A stretch of DNA of 64,000 nt from an uncultured Gemmatimonas sp. Lineage in GTDB: Bacteria; Gemmatimonadota; Gemmatimonadetes; Gemmatimonadales; Gemmatimonadaceae. Both the position numbers and the translations under genes were made by a program. This document shows positions 27,464 to 35,598 of this stretch, piece after piece (position 1 is the stretch's first letter; every line of letters begins with the position of its first letter). The notes under the pieces are model-generated. The model was not told the DNA's origin, searched no databases, and saw nothing but the letters and a program-made list of their open reading frames with translations. Where the stretch lies: positions 403 to 64,402 of the forward strand of contig CAZLAU010000001.1 of NCBI GenBank assembly GCA_964557615.1, given 5' to 3'.

Positions 27464-28149
27464 TCGCCAACGACGTACACCCAGTCGTTGCAAACGCCGA
27501 GTACCTGCAGGCAGCACTCAATCGGCTGGTGTTCACGGACATCGAGAGTGCCAGGTACCTCTGGGGTGGGGCAGGGCACGCCGTCCGCGGAGCCACGCTG
27601 CCAACAACCACACTCAAGGCGGTCGCGGCCGCCTCACTCGATCGCACGGTGGCCGAACTAAGCCGGGCCGGGCTCAAGCGCATTGCGCGAACGGCCGATG
27701 CCGAAGTGTGGGCACTCCCGACCGGCGCGCGCCTGCTCGTTCAGGCGTCCGCGGAGGCGCGCGATCCCGTCGACGCGATGGTTCGGGAATACGCGACCCT
27801 GCTGACGCAAACCGTGACGCTCGCGCCCTCTGTGAGCATCAGGGTATGTGCACCCGCGACACTGCTTGCGTTGTGGTGGCGCGAGCATCGTGGCGGGCGG
27901 GAGGCGTTTACACAGTGCCCAATCGTTGAGGACATCGTCGAACTCGTTGCACGGTACCCGGAACTTCCGCAGGACGTAGCGTCGCTCCCCCAGGAAATCC
28001 GTGCAATCGCGGCTGAATCGGCTCGGTGCCTGGTGAACGATGCGAGCTGCGAGTGGGTCGTGGGGCGCGCCCTTGCGGACTCGCGAACAACGCCAAGCGT
28101 GTCGGAGGCAATCGTCGGCACGTTCCGCCAACTCGCTGCGAGCGCGTGA
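27460..28149 (+). CDS. hypothetical protein with a degenerate nucleotidyltransferase-like N-terminal pattern
   Basis: YLWGGAGHAVRGATLPTTTLKAVA aligns by eye with VVVGPVAAAFRGASIAPAAIDIVV of the 21292-22191 protein. The Asp residues expected for catalysis are absent. Confidence 0.5.
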   Translation: MIANDVHPVVANAEYLQAALNRLVFTDIESARYLWGGAGHAVRGATLPTTTLKAVAAASLDRTVAELSRAGLKRIARTADAEVWALPTGARLLVQASAEARDPVDAMVREYATLLTQTVTLAPSVSIRVCAPATLLALWWREHRGGREAFTQCPIVEDIVELVARYPELPQDVASLPQEIRAIAAESARCLVNDASCEWVVGRALADSRTTPSVSEAIVGTFRQLAASA

Positions 28150-28164
28150 TCCCGCGCCGGCGCA

Positions 28165-29130
28165 TCAGAAATCGCCGACGAATCCGATCTCGGGTTCAAG
28201 CGATTGATCGAAGCGAGCGCGGACTGACTCCTGTACGTGGGCGATCACCGCTCGCACGTCCGCCGCGGTCGCGCCTCCCGTGTTTATGATGATGTTGGCG
28301 TGCAGTTCCGAAACACGCGCGCCGCCAATACGAAAACCCTTCAGGCCACACTGTTCGATCAGGCGACCAGCTCCCACGCCTTCGATCTTCTTGAAAATCG
28401 ATCCTGCACTCGGCTGTGTGTCGAGCGGAGGATGACGCTGGCTCCGCCATGCGAGGTTCTCCCGGGCGGTGCGTTCGAGCGCTGCCGGGTCACCCGGCGC
28501 AAGCGAGATGGTCGTGGCAAGCGCCACTTCGCCAGACCCGTGCAGCCGACTCGTGTCGTAGCCAAAACGCATCGCTTCTGCGGAAACGGACGTTCGGGTT
28601 CCGTCCGGCATGAGCAGGTCGACCGACTCAACCACTTCGGCCAGGAACATGGTTCGGTCGCGCGCCGGTGCCGGCGAGAGAAAGTGCAGGTTCTGCCAGA
28701 GTGCGCCGCCCACGGTGCTGGGGATGCCCACGTAGTGCTCGACGCCTCCCAGCCCACGCGAAATGCAGGCCGTGATGAGCTCAGCCACAATGGCGCCCGA
28801 GTCGGCCGTCACGCGACACCCATCGAATGCGATCCTGCCCGTTGCATTGCGGATGACCAGGCCGCGCACACCGCGATCGCCGATCAGGACGTTCGCGCCA
28901 AGTCCCAGTATCATCCACGGCACGCGGACGGCCCGCGCGGCAGACACGATGTTTGCGAGATCGTCGCCCGAAATGGCATCGTACAGCGCATCCGCCGGGC
29001 CGCCGATCCGAAATGTCGTCAACGGGGCAAGATTCACACCGGTGCGAATGCGGGTCCGGTCGATGGTATTCGGCAGGGCCGCGCGTAACTGCTCACCCGC
29101 GCGACGCGCGGCCGCAACTTCAGGGGTCAT
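28165..29130 (-). CDS. murB: UDP-N-acetylenolpyruvoylglucosamine reductase
   Basis: LAPLTTFRIGGPA FAD-binding N-terminus and a MurB C-terminal domain. ATG 29130 chosen (the ORF is open to 29307). Confidence 0.9.
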   Translation of the reverse strand: MTPEVAAARRAGEQLRAALPNTIDRTRIRTGVNLAPLTTFRIGGPADALYDAISGDDLANIVSAARAVRVPWMILGLGANVLIGDRGVRGLVIRNATGRIAFDGCRVTADSGAIVAELITACISRGLGGVEHYVGIPSTVGGALWQNLHFLSPAPARDRTMFLAEVVESVDLLMPDGTRTSVSAEAMRFGYDTSRLHGSGEVALATTISLAPGDPAALERTARENLAWRSQRHPPLDTQPSAGSIFKKIEGVGAGRLIEQCGLKGFRIGGARVSELHANIIINTGGATAADVRAVIAHVQESVRARFDQSLEPEIGFVGDF

Positions 29131-29197
29131 GATGCTCGAAATCAATCGGCGGGCTGCCGTAGCCGCCAGCGGGACGGGTGCGACGGCTGAGAGTGCC

Positions 29198-30604
29198 GTG
29201 TTGCCGCGCGTCCGTGCGGCGGGCCGTGCGCTGCTGCTGGCGATCGCGCTCGTTGCGACCTTCGTTCCCGCGGCGCCGGCGCAGCGCGCGCACCTGGAGA
29301 AAGTCATTCAGCGCCGCACGCTTGCCAACGGGCTCGAGGTCATCATCATCGAAAACCACGGCGTTCCACTGGTGACAGCCGAGGTGACCGTGCGAAACGG
29401 CGCATTCACGCAGGCGCCTGAGTTTGCGGGCCTCGCACACTTGTATGAGCACATGTTCTTCAAGGCGAACGACCGGTATCCCGAGCCCGATGCCTATGTC
29501 GACGCGATGTCAACGCTCGGCGCCGTGTTCAACGCGTCAACGCGAGAGGAGCAGGTCAACTACTACCTCACGATCTCGTCCGATTCGCTGGAGGCAGGGC
29601 TGAAGCTGCTCGTCGCGGGATTTCTCGGCCCGACATTCCGTGCCGACGAACTCGAGCGCGAGCGACAGGTCGTGATAGGCGAATACGACCGAAACGAGTC
29701 AAGCCCGTTCTTCCGGATGGAGCAGGAGTCGGGCAAGCTGCTCTGGGGTTCGCAATGGAGCCGCAAGAACGTGATCGGCGATCGCGACGTGATTCTCGGG
29801 ACCACGCCGGAGAAAATGCAGGCGATTCGCCGGTTGTACTACGTGCCAAACAACGCTGTCCTCATCCTGTCTGGAGACGTGAATCCCGATATGGGATTTG
29901 TCCTGGCCGATCGCATCTTCGGGGCATGGCCACGCGGCGATGATCCCTTCACAAAGGCGCCGATTCCGCCGATCCCGGCACTGGGCTCCTCCAAGGCTGT
30001 GATCGTCGAGGAGAACGTGAACGCCGTCACGGTCCTGATTCAATGGCACGGGCCAAGTGTTCGCGCGGACGAGACGGCCACATTCTCGGCGGACGTGTAC
30101 TCCGATGTCCTGAACAACCCCCAGTCGAGATTTCAGCGGCGGCTGGTCGATTCGGGGTTGTGGCAAGGAGTCGGCGTCAACTACTACACACTGAACAATG
30201 TCGGGCCGATCTCGGTGAGCGGCCAAACGACCCCGGAGCGCCTCCGCGAGGCGATTCGCGCCATGCTTGCCGAGTTACGCGCGTCCGTGGATCCGGGATA
30301 CTTCAGCGCCGAGGAGTTGGCGGCAACGAAAGCCAACCGGATCGTGACGACCGAGTTCGGAATGGAGCGAAGCTCCGAATTTGCGCACACGATCGGGTTC
30401 TGGTGGAGCGTATCGGGACTCGACTACTACATGAAGTACGTCGACGAGATGGCGCTGCGCACGGCAAGCGACCTTCAGCAATACGCCCGCCGCTACATCG
30501 TGAACAAGCCTCACGTGATCACGGTTCTGATCCCGCCGGACGAGCGGCGCAGGATCAACCTCAGCGAACGGGAGCTGCTCCTGCTGGGAGGGACGTCCAA
30601 GTGA
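29198..30604 (+). CDS. M16-family zinc peptidase (catalytic subunit)
   Basis: Inverted zinc motif HLYEH (HxxEH). GTG 29198 gives a classical signal peptide (RAAGRALLLAIALVATFVPAAPA). ATG 29129 is possible but less likely. Confidence 0.85.
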   Translation: MLPRVRAAGRALLLAIALVATFVPAAPAQRAHLEKVIQRRTLANGLEVIIIENHGVPLVTAEVTVRNGAFTQAPEFAGLAHLYEHMFFKANDRYPEPDAYVDAMSTLGAVFNASTREEQVNYYLTISSDSLEAGLKLLVAGFLGPTFRADELERERQVVIGEYDRNESSPFFRMEQESGKLLWGSQWSRKNVIGDRDVILGTTPEKMQAIRRLYYVPNNAVLILSGDVNPDMGFVLADRIFGAWPRGDDPFTKAPIPPIPALGSSKAVIVEENVNAVTVLIQWHGPSVRADETATFSADVYSDVLNNPQSRFQRRLVDSGLWQGVGVNYYTLNNVGPISVSGQTTPERLREAIRAMLAELRASVDPGYFSAEELAATKANRIVTTEFGMERSSEFAHTIGFWWSVSGLDYYMKYVDEMALRTASDLQQYARRYIVNKPHVITVLIPPDERRRINLSERELLLLGGTSK

Positions 30605-31938
30605 ACGCACGGCATTCCGTGATGGCACTCGCACTCGTCGCGACAGTGCCGGGGCACCCGTCGATGGCGGATGGGATGGTCGAGCCGCCCGCGCTCGTCC
30701 AGTCGGATTCAATGACGACGACGTACGTGGTCGGCGGGGTCCGCGTGGTTCACCGCCGAGCCAACACCAGCACGGTGGTCACGAACGTCTACCTGCTCGG
30801 TGGCGTGCGCGCAGCGCCGGCAGGAATGGCGGGGTTGGAGAACTTCCTGCTCCAGGCCGGAGAGCGCGGCACGGCACGCTATCCGCGAGAGGTTCTGCGG
30901 CGGGCGCTTGCGCGAACGGGGAGCGAGATGGTGATCGATTCACGGGAAGACTGGACGATGATCGGGGCCAGGACGACTCCGGCAGGCCTCGACTCGACGT
31001 GGTCGATTCTCGCGGATCGGGTGATGCGTCCACGCCTCGATTCGGCTGATGTGGAGTTCGTGCGCGGTCAGCTGCTGTCGGCGCTGCGCCAGCGCGAGGA
31101 CAGTCCGGATGCCATGCTCGAGTACCTGTCGGACAGCGTCGCATTTGCCGGAAGCCCTTACGCGATGTCACCAGTAGGAACGGTGCAGTCCGTGGCGCGG
31201 GTCACGCGCGCCGATCTCATCCGATTCCAGCGCGAGCAGATGGTGAAATCGCGCATGGTGCTGGTGGTGGTCGGAAATGTGGATCGTGCGACTGTAGAGC
31301 GGCTTGTCGGCGGCACGCTCTCGGCGCTTCCTGCCGGCGACTACCGCTGGACAATGCCAGACTCTCTCCCGGCATCCGACGGCGATGCCGTATTGGTGCG
31401 CCGGCCGCTGCCGACGAACTACTTGCAGGCGCAGTTTCGCGGGCCGCCGGCGGCGAGCAACGATGCCGCCGCACTCCGCGTTGCATCGGCGGTGCTGTCG
31501 GGACGCCTGTTTGGCGAGATTCGCTCAAAGCGAAACCTGACCTACGCAGTGAGTGCGACGTACCGGGATCGCGCTCTCACATCGGTCGATCTGTACGTCA
31601 CCACCACGCTTCCCGATTCGGTCCTGTCGTTGATGGCGACGGAAATCCGGACGTTGCAGACATTCCCAATACAAACCGAGTTTCTGCGGCCGATCATCCA
31701 GCAGTTCATCACCGAATATTTCCTGGAGAACGAAACGTCGATTGCCCAGGCAAATTTTCTCATACGCGCCATGCTGTATCGCGGTGAAGTCGCAGCCGGC
31801 GAGCGGTTTGTAAGCGATCTCAGGAGCGTCACCGGGGCAGATGTCCGCCGCGTGGCGGCGAGGTATCTGCGCAATGCACAGTGGGCGTATGTCGGTGACC
31901 CGTCTAAGGTTACGCGCTCGAAGCTGACAGCTTTTTAG
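30601..31938 (+). CDS. M16-family peptidase-like protein (no HxxEH; probable non-catalytic partner)
   Basis: M16 fold pattern by eye with no HxxEH seen. GTG start overlaps the upstream stop (GTGA). Confidence 0.75.
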   Translation: MNARHSVMALALVATVPGHPSMADGMVEPPALVQSDSMTTTYVVGGVRVVHRRANTSTVVTNVYLLGGVRAAPAGMAGLENFLLQAGERGTARYPREVLRRALARTGSEMVIDSREDWTMIGARTTPAGLDSTWSILADRVMRPRLDSADVEFVRGQLLSALRQREDSPDAMLEYLSDSVAFAGSPYAMSPVGTVQSVARVTRADLIRFQREQMVKSRMVLVVVGNVDRATVERLVGGTLSALPAGDYRWTMPDSLPASDGDAVLVRRPLPTNYLQAQFRGPPAASNDAAALRVASAVLSGRLFGEIRSKRNLTYAVSATYRDRALTSVDLYVTTTLPDSVLSLMATEIRTLQTFPIQTEFLRPIIQQFITEYFLENETSIAQANFLIRAMLYRGEVAAGERFVSDLRSVTGADVRRVAARYLRNAQWAYVGDPSKVTRSKLTAF

Positions 31939-31999
31939 CGCGCGCGTTTCCTGAAGCGAGGAACGCCACTACACGGCGGTGTTTGCTTTCCCAATCGAT

Positions 32000-32015
32000 T
32001 GTGAATAATTTCACA
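32000..32015. promoter_or_regulatory. CRP/FNR-family binding-site candidate
   Basis: TGTGA-ATAATT-TCACA, with perfect TGTGA-N6-TCACA half-sites. Centred about 78 bp upstream of the cupredoxin ATG. Confidence 0.45.
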
Positions 32016-32085
32016 TTCTCCGCAGCGCCTTGAGCGCGTTAGCGGAATCAAAATCCAATCAGACGGTTACCGGAGGATTCAGGAC

Positions 32086-32598
32086 ATGCAGTTCAAGGGG
32101 ATGGCGCTCGTTGCGAGCGTGATGGTGTTGGGTGCGTGCGGTGGTGGCGAACCGAAGGCGGAGGCGCCCGCGGCCGCGCCGGCTGCTCCAGCTGTGACCC
32201 CGGAAGCGGCCCCTGCCGCTGGCGCGGCGGCGACCGGAACGGCAATGCCTGTCACCGGCAAGACGATCGAGATCAAGATGATCGGCGACGCGAAGGGGTT
32301 CCGGTATGAGCCGGCCGTCATCACGGCCAAGGTCGGCGACGGCCTCAAGTTCATCATGGAGTCCGGCGGCCCGCACAACGTTGCCTTCGACGCTGCCACG
32401 ATCCCGGCCGGCGCCGCGGCTCAGCTGGACGCGAACTTCGGCAGCGACAAGATCGGCACGATGTCGAGCGGCCTGAAGATGTTGCCGGGCGAAACGATCC
32501 TGATCTCGCTTGGCGGACTTCCGGCTGGCAAGTACGAGTTCAACTGCACGCCGCACCTTGCCATGAACATGAAGGGAACGCTCACGATCACCCCGTAA
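32086..32598 (+). CDS. lipoprotein cupredoxin (plastocyanin/pseudoazurin-like type 1 copper protein)
   Basis: Lipobox VLGAC, Ala/Pro-rich linker, and Cu ligands GGPHNV plus C-TP-H-LAMN-M (C-x2-H-x4-M). Confidence 0.85.
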   Translation: MQFKGMALVASVMVLGACGGGEPKAEAPAAAPAAPAVTPEAAPAAGAAATGTAMPVTGKTIEIKMIGDAKGFRYEPAVITAKVGDGLKFIMESGGPHNVAFDAATIPAGAAAQLDANFGSDKIGTMSSGLKMLPGETILISLGGLPAGKYEFNCTPHLAMNMKGTLTITP

Positions 32599-32616
32599 CC
32601 GGCGGTGATCGGTGGT

Positions 32617-32653
32617 GACGCGGGCGCCCGGCACGATGCCGGGCGCCCGCGTC
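32617..32653 (+). terminator. very strong GC-rich hairpin after the cupredoxin gene
   Basis: GACGCGGGCGCCCGGCA (32617-32633) pairs perfectly with TGCCGGGCGCCCGCGTC (32637-32653). 17-bp arms. Only a weak T-run follows. Confidence 0.55.
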
Positions 32654-32728
32654 CGTTCGGGGAGTCGGTATCGCGCACGACGACCGGCCAATAGCTTGTT
32701 CCATGACCATGGTCACCTGCACGGCGCC

Positions 32729-33328
32729 GTGAACGGCTACTCGGATCGCGTGAATCACGCGCTTGCGTTCGCGGCAAAGCACCACGATCAGCAGGTTCGC
32801 AAAGGCACGCGGCTGCCGTATCTGACTCACGCGGCGAATGTGGCAATCATTCTCACGCGATACGATCAGGATGAGGCGACGGTAGTCTCCGGCATCCTCC
32901 ACGACGTGGTCGAGGATTGCATTCGCGAGGGTTGGACGCGTGCGATGCTCGAAGCACGCGTCGCGGAGAAGTTCGGCGCCGACGCGCTGACGACCGTCCT
33001 GGCCGTCACCAAGCGCCGGCTCGACGACGACGGCAACGAAATGGATCGCGAGCAGCGCACGGCCGACTATGTCGCACGGCTGGAGCTTGCCGACACGCGC
33101 GGTCGCTGGGTCTGCGCGGCCGACAAGCTGCACAATGCCAATGCCACCCTCGCGGACTTGCGGCGGACCGTGGATCCGAGTTCGGTGTGGAGTCGATTTT
33201 CGGGCGGTCGCGCGGCGACCGTTGCGGCCTACCGCGCAGTCTACGACCGCCTGATCGAACTCGGGTTCACTGCCTCCATCATGGCGGAACTCAAGGCTGC
33301 AGTCGAACAGCTCGAGGCAGCGCCCTAA
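32729..33328 (+). CDS. HD-domain protein (SpoT/RelA-type (p)ppGpp hydrolase-like)
   Basis: AAKHHDQQVRKGTRLPYLTHAANVA...ILHDVVEDC. GTG 32729 placed after the hairpin. The ORF is open from 32612, so the start is uncertain. Confidence 0.7.
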   Translation: MNGYSDRVNHALAFAAKHHDQQVRKGTRLPYLTHAANVAIILTRYDQDEATVVSGILHDVVEDCIREGWTRAMLEARVAEKFGADALTTVLAVTKRRLDDDGNEMDREQRTADYVARLELADTRGRWVCAADKLHNANATLADLRRTVDPSSVWSRFSGGRAATVAAYRAVYDRLIELGFTASIMAELKAAVEQLEAAP

Positions 33329-33380
33329 CCCTGCCGCACCGCAGCACCCCAAGAAAAGTCAGGGCCGCGATCCTCTGTTG

Positions 33381-34595
33381 CTAGGTGCGATACGTCCGAG
33401 CGACGTAATCCTCGAGGATCGCCAGAAACTCGGGAACAATTGCATCTCCCTTGAGGGTGACACGGAGCGCGCCGTCCACGTACACGGGCGCCTTCGGCTC
33501 CTCGAACGTGCCGGGAAGCGAAATGCCGATGTTCGCGTGCTTGCTTTCGCCGGGACCGTTCACGACGCACCCCATGACAGCGACCTTCATCTCCTCAACG
33601 CCCGGATGGCGCTCGCGCCAAACGGGCATTTGCACGCGGAGGAACTCCTGGATGTCCTCGGCCATCTTCTGGAAAAACGTGCTGGTCGTCCGGCCACAGC
33701 CGGGGCAGGCGGTGACCTGCGGGGCGAAGCTGCGCAGGCCAAGCGACTGCAGTATCTGCTGCGCAACGAGGACCTCTTCGGTCCGGTCGCCGCCCGGTCG
33801 CGGCGTGAGTGACACGCGGATGGTATCGCCGATGCCCTCTGCCAGAATCAGGGACAGTGCTGCCGTCGTCGCAACCGTTCCCTTCATTCCGAGACCGGCC
33901 TCGGTGAGGCCAAGGTGCAGCGGATAGTCACAGCGGACCGCGAGCCGACGATAACAATCGAGCAGGTCCTGAACCTGTGAGATCTTCGCGGAGATGATTA
34001 TCCGGTCGTGGGGAAGGCCAGTGTCCTCGGCGAGTGCAGCCGAGCGCGTCGCGCTCTCGATCATGGCTTCCATATACACGTCTTTCGCGTCGTGGGGTTC
34101 GGCGCGCGTGGCGTTCTCGTCCATCATCGACGTAAGCAAGTCCTGATCCAACGATCCCCAGTTCACGCCGATTCGGACCGGCTTGTCGTGGTCGATCGCC
34201 ACTTTGATAATGGTGCGGAAGTTCTCGTCACGCCGTTTCGCGCCGACGTTCCCCGGGTTGATGCGGTACTTGGCCAGCGCAGACGCGCATTCCGGGTGGC
34301 GCGTCAGCAGCAGGTGCCCGTTGTAGTGAAAGTCCCCGATGATCGGCACGTCGACACCGGCGTCCCGGCAGCGGGCTACAATCTCCGGAATCGCGGCAGC
34401 CGCCTCGTCATTGTTGACCGTAACCCTGACCAGTTGAGAGCCTGCGCCGGCGAGCGCGGCCACCTGCGTCACCGTCGCGGCAACGTCCGCCGTGTCCGTG
34501 TTCGTCATCGATTGCACCACAATCGGCGCGGCAGATCCTACGAGGACATTGCCAACGGTTGCGGTGACTGTCTGGCGGCGAGGCTTGAAAATCAC
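33381..34595 (-). CDS. ispG: 4-hydroxy-3-methylbut-2-en-1-yl diphosphate synthase
   Basis: [18 protein letters not shown] and GCVVNGPGE motifs. GTG 34595 preferred because the upstream extension uses atypical low-GC3 codons. Confidence 0.92.
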   Translation of the reverse strand: MIFKPRRQTVTATVGNVLVGSAAPIVVQSMTNTDTADVAATVTQVAALAGAGSQLVRVTVNNDEAAAAIPEIVARCRDAGVDVPIIGDFHYNGHLLLTRHPECASALAKYRINPGNVGAKRRDENFRTIIKVAIDHDKPVRIGVNWGSLDQDLLTSMMDENATRAEPHDAKDVYMEAMIESATRSAALAEDTGLPHDRIIISAKISQVQDLLDCYRRLAVRCDYPLHLGLTEAGLGMKGTVATTAALSLILAEGIGDTIRVSLTPRPGGDRTEEVLVAQQILQSLGLRSFAPQVTACPGCGRTTSTFFQKMAEDIQEFLRVQMPVWRERHPGVEEMKVAVMGCVVNGPGESKHANIGISLPGTFEEPKAPVYVDGALRVTLKGDAIVPEFLAILEDYVARTYRT

Positions 34596-34861
34596 GAACG
34601 ACGGTGCTCCGGGCGGTCGGTGGTCAGGGCTGAAGCATAATGCCAAGAAGGCCGGGGCAGCCCTCTTTTCGACTCTTGCAGAACAGAACTGGAGCACCTA
34701 GCTTCGACACCGATGCGGCACCAGGGGGGCCTGGATGTTCAGGCCCTTTCGTCGTATCGGCCCAATGCGGGTGGGCAACACGGAGCCCGCGCGGAAACGG
34801 ATTGTCTTGTCAGGGTACGGCGTGTCCCGCTCCCGGCGACAATCACCACACAGGAGTTGGA

Positions 34862-35077
34862 ATGCGTACGACCGGCAAGGTGAAGTGGTTCAACGACGCG
34901 AAGGGCTTTGGTTTCATCACTCCCGACAACGGCACCAAGGACTGCTTCGTGCACTACAGCGCCATTCAGGGCAGCGGCTTCAAGTCGCTCGCCGAAGGCG
35001 ATGTCGTCGAGTTCGACATCGTGCAGGGCCAGAAGGGTCCTGCGGCAGAGAACGTCACGAAGCCGGGCGCGGCGTAA
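34862..35077 (+). CDS. cold-shock protein (CspA family)
   Basis: [17 protein letters not shown] (RNP1) and CFVHY (RNP2). SD AGGAG upstream. Confidence 0.95.
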   Translation: MRTTGKVKWFNDAKGFGFITPDNGTKDCFVHYSAIQGSGFKSLAEGDVVEFDIVQGQKGPAAENVTKPGAA

Positions 35078-35102
35078 GCCCTCCGTTGCCGAGCATTTGC
35101 GC

Positions 35103-35140
35103 CGGGGCGCCCCTAGAGCGGGGCGCCCCGTTTGTTTCTT
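35103..35140 (+). terminator. rho-independent terminator of csp; also forms the 3' end of the convergent ORF
   Basis: CGGGGCGCCCC-TAGAGC-GGGGCGCCCCG (11-bp stem) followed by TTTGTTTCTT. Confidence 0.75.
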
Positions 35141-35502
35141 ACGGGCGGACGTCCACGTCGTGCCGGGGCTTCGCCGGCGACCGAGTCCGCGAGTGCTTGA
35201 CGCACGACGGCGCGCAGCCTGGGCACATCGAAGGCGATCGTCCCGAGTGATCCAAACGCACTCTGATGCTTGACGTCGGTGAGCAGCGCGTCGGCCAGGG
35301 ACCACCCCCGCTCAAACGGGATGCGAAGATCCCGGCGGAGCAGAAGCGCGACGGCAAGTCGTTCGACGGTCGCGCCATCAATAGCACGTGACGAGCCCTG
35401 TCGCCTGGCCGGTACAGAATCGCGACAGTAACGATTGACGAGGTTGTCGAGTTCGCGCGGCGCAATCCCGAGCGCACCGGCCGCAACAGCAGTCGAGTAC
35501 AT
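35113..35502 (-). CDS. hypothetical HTH-like / AT-hook protein (paralogue of the N-terminus of the 21292-22191 protein)
   Basis: ALGIAPRELDNLVNR vs AIGCDPKWLYNAARR, IAFDVPRL vs VSVDVARF, and RRGRPPVRNKRG vs KKRGRPRKRP, collinear with similar spacing. SD GAGGA lies 5 nt before the ATG. Confidence 0.5.
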   Translation of the reverse strand: MYSTAVAAGALGIAPRELDNLVNRYCRDSVPARRQGSSRAIDGATVERLAVALLLRRDLRIPFERGWSLADALLTDVKHQSAFGSLGTIAFDVPRLRAVVRQALADSVAGEAPARRGRPPVRNKRGAPL

Positions 35503-35528
35503 TATTATCCTCGCGTATGAGGATAATA
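35503..35528 (-). promoter_or_regulatory. 10-bp inverted repeat that can sequester the SD of the 35502 ORF (or act as an operator)
   Basis: The transcript would read UAUUAUCCUC-AUACGC-GAGGAUAAUA-AUG. Confidence 0.45.
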
Positions 35529-35532
35529 TACT

Positions 35533-35549
35533 AACTGATGTAATCAGTT
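35533..35549. promoter_or_regulatory. inverted repeat AACTGAT-GTA-ATCAGTT
   Basis: Perfect 7-bp arms in the same 96-bp intergenic region. Confidence 0.35.
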
Positions 35550-35565
35550 GCTACTGAGTATATAG

Positions 35566-35598
35566 ACTGGCTTTTGTATACAAACGTTTTGAGCCAGT
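35566..35598 (-). terminator. hairpin immediately downstream of argH, containing the 12-bp palindrome TTTGTATACAAA
   Basis: ACTGGCT (35566-35572) pairs with AGCCAGT (35592-35598). The loop carries TTTGTATACAAA (35573-35584). No strong U-tract. Confidence 0.35.

Noticed and set aside
29129-29130. Apparent head-to-head overlap of the murB start (ATG 29130, minus) and the M16 peptidase start (ATG 29129, plus)
   Set aside because: GTG 29198, preceded by GAGAG, gives the peptidase a classical signal peptide and leaves a normal 67-bp divergent promoter region. The overlap is most likely an artefact of taking the longest ORF.
32612-32728. N-terminal 39-codon extension of the HD-domain ORF
   Set aside because: It coincides with the 17-bp perfect hairpin after the cupredoxin gene and encodes an Arg/Gly/Pro-rich peptide with no homology-like features. 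The start was therefore moved to GTG 32729, which remains uncertain.
35503-35528. Inverted TTATCCTC / GAGGATAA as a pair of DnaA boxes (oriC)
   Set aside because: Each has only 6 of 9 matches to TTATCCACA, there is no cluster of further boxes, and there is no dnaA or dnaN nearby. The SD-sequestering hairpin or operator interpretation is more economical.
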